DNA of 64,000 nt from Microthyrium microscopicum (Eukaryota). Of this stretch, positions 61,903-64,000 are shown one piece after another; within the stretch, counting starts at the first letter, position 1; every line of letters begins with the position of its first letter. Position numbers and translations under genes: made by a program. A model generated the notes under the pieces. It was not told the DNA's origin and made no database searches. It saw only the letters and a list, made by a program, of their open reading frames with translations. The stretch lies in the NCBI GenBank assembly GCA_010405405.1, contig MU004235.1:2286506-2350505 (forward strand). Direction: 5' to 3'.

Positions 61903-63197
61903 CTATATGGTTGGTTGAAATTTCTCATAGTCTAGTCCAAAGTTTGTGAGGACCAGCTCGCCAATGGCATTCTTTAGTATCGTTTTGAGATCCCAGTGCC
62001 CAGGAACGTTTGACGTGCTTTTCTTGTAACGGAGCTCGAAAGTATCAATCGATCGGTACATGCTGATGTTATGCTTCAAAAGACGAATCGAGACACCCTT
62101 GTGGTCTGGCTCTGCATCATCCCCAATCTGGAGTTCCCTGGCGCATAGAATACCATAACCATGAGCCATACACCTAAGCATGTTATGTTCTGGCGAGGCT
62201 TGAAGAGCTTTTTGAAATCCAGTGGGCGAGTCATGTAGAAGGTCATCTTGATACTTCTCGAATGCGGACTCAATATATTGAAAGACTTCCTCGCGTTTCT
62301 TGTTGATCGCTCCTAAGTTAGATGGTCAGTACGGCACTGATCGTTGCTAAGATGGTTCAAAACCACGAGTGAGCTTTCAAAATCTACAGACCAAGTAGAG
62401 ATTCTATCTCAACTGTCGTTCTTTCACGGCATGCACTGAGAAAAATCGAGACTTTTAAACTTACTGAGAATTTTGTCAGGAACTCGATTGGTTTGAAGGC
62501 TCTCATCAATAGGCTCTGTGATCCAGAGCACTATGAAGCCAGAGAGCGCTTGGAATTGTTCACTGTCGCCAAAAACCCATGCCATCCACAACAAAGTAAG
62601 AGTACTATCGTTGTATATCTTTGGGGCTCCAAACGCTTCCAACCACGCATGCGCATGCGGAGCCACGAGTTTATGCCAGCGATATTTGTCCGTGATTACG
62701 GCAATCAAGTAAAGAGTTTTCCAGTCGACCTTGTCAGGAACATGGGCACTGTTATCATGCATTATTCCAAGTATGATCATCATGGCAGTTGGATCGTCAT
62801 CTAGATCAATCTTGACAGACCCCTTTTCTTTGAGCTCGAGCCCTTCGCGAAATGATGGGCCGCTGAGCATAGATGACCAATACTGTGAAGACGCAATGAG
62901 TCTGGCAGAGGAGACCAAGAATCGAGATTCTTTGACTTCCAGTTCAAGTAGCCCCATCTTGTGCTTTTTGAACGATTTAGGTATAGCAGGAGGGACAACT
63001 GGTGGAAGTGCTGGAGCTGCGGTTGCTCCATCCAAGTCCGCATTTACGACTTCCACGTCTTTGGCCTGACCATTGACTTCTGCTTCACTTGCTTTGGATA
63101 TGGAAGCGACCTGAGCCCCCGTGTTGATCTCCTCCCCAGCCATCGTCAATCGAACATCAGCATCAGAACAGAACTCAATGGTTATGGTGGCCATCAT
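61903..63197 (-). CDS. BTB/POZ-domain protein
   Basis: ADVRL...RFLVSSARLIASSQYWSSMLSGPSFREG...LDDDPTAMMIILGIMH...LYLIAVITDKY. An intron at ~62314-62464 links it to the exon GAINKKREEVF...MAHGYGILCAREL...KFQPTI*. Confidence 0.82.
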
Positions 63198-63720
63198 TGC
63201 GGCTCGCGATTCACACACTGCACCGACGGAATAGAGACCTTGATGAAAGTGTAGTGGGAGGAAAAGTGCAAGGCTCTCGATGTGGAGTTTGAAGTGTGGA
63301 CGGCTACATCCGCGCCGCTGTAGTTATTGCACCATTCCTAAAACAGCGTAGCGTCGTTTTTGACTTGAAGGTTCACCCGCAATTGCTTTTCTACATTTCC
63401 TGTTCATAGGAATTGATTTAACATTGTTACATTTTCGGGATGCTCCATTTTATGACTCAGAAGAGGAATGTGTCTCTGCTTAGACTAATAGCGATACTCC
63501 CCTATCACTAATGTCATTCGAGAAGGTCGTAAAACCTAAGCATGCTTGGTTGGAGGATATAGGGAATTTGGGATGGAGGTAGCCGTGCGATTGATTGAGA
63601 AGTCTGTGTTTTTGCATTTTTAAAGAGAGCATGACTCCTTTGAATGACGAGACAGTTTGAGAGGTCAAGGACGTGATATGTTTGGAGTAGAGTAGATATC
63701 GAAGCAATCCTTGAGAGTTG

Positions 63721-64000
63721 TTACACAGTTGGCTTATAGTAATCATACTTCAAGCCCCGGTCCATCCTGAACTCTTTTACGGCCGCTTTCAATGCACTCT
63801 TTAAGTCCAAACTACCACCAGGTATAATGGAACGCGGGTTGCTCTTCTTGTCATTGGCATTAACTGCCTCAAAACCTTCCAGCGACGGATATGCTTTGAT
63901 TAGGCTTCTGATATTGCGAATAGAGATTCCACAGTGATCGGGTACAGCGAACTCTCCGAGTCTAAGTTCTTTGGCGCAGACTGTGCCATGTCCGAATGCC
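63721..64000 (-). CDS. 3' end of a tandem paralog of the adjacent BTB-domain gene (partial)
   Basis: Not in the ORF track. It reads AFGHGTVCAKELRLGEFAVPDHCGISIR...PGGSLDLKSALKAAV...GLKYDYYKPTV* and aligns by eye to the neighbour's C-terminus AHGYGILCARELQIGDDAEPDHKGVSIR...PGHWDLKTILKNAI...GLDYEKFQPTI*. Confidence 0.8.
   Translation of the reverse strand, partial: AFGHGTVCAKELRLGEFAVPDHCGISIRNIRSLIKAYPSLEGFEAVNANDKKSNPRSIIPGGSLDLKSALKAAVKEFRMDRGLKYDYYKPTV

Noticed and set aside
1..64000. CRISPR arrays, rRNA, tRNA or intact transposons
   Set aside because: None seen by eye: no repeat-spacer periodicity, cloverleaf boxes, or transposase/RT motifs.

Overview
Intron-containing ascomycete fungal genomic DNA (short GT-AG introns with CTAAC/CTGAC branch points; lineage not determinable here) with about 22 protein-coding genes. 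Two modules stand out. (1) 33.7-47.7 kb is a candidate RNA-defence locus. A complete Dicer-like 2 lies tail-to-tail (115 bp between stops) with a ~2,360 aa ZNFX1/Upf1-type SF1 RNA helicase fused to NFX1-like zinc fingers and three tandem CbbX/SpoVK-like AAA+ ATPase domains. That gene lies head-to-head (553 bp between ATGs) with a gene carrying DXO/Rai1-like PD-(D/E)xK nuclease motifs and a C-terminal 4-Cys tail. (2) 14.3-26.4 kb is a mycosporine (UV-screen) cluster: ATP-grasp ligase, DDG synthase and O-methyltransferase, plus an A-T-R NRPS-like reductase and a Zn2Cys6 factor. The rest are housekeeping or common genes: sirtuin (partial), Myb protein, MMT-type CDF transporter, ERG12, PAF-acetylhydrolase-like lipase, a second Zn2Cys6 factor, NmrA-like reductase, GT8/GNT1-like transferase, GPI cupredoxin, cutinase, BET2, a zinc-finger protein, a membrane protein and two tandem BTB-type paralogs. 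All calls come from reading motifs by eye; no database searches were run.
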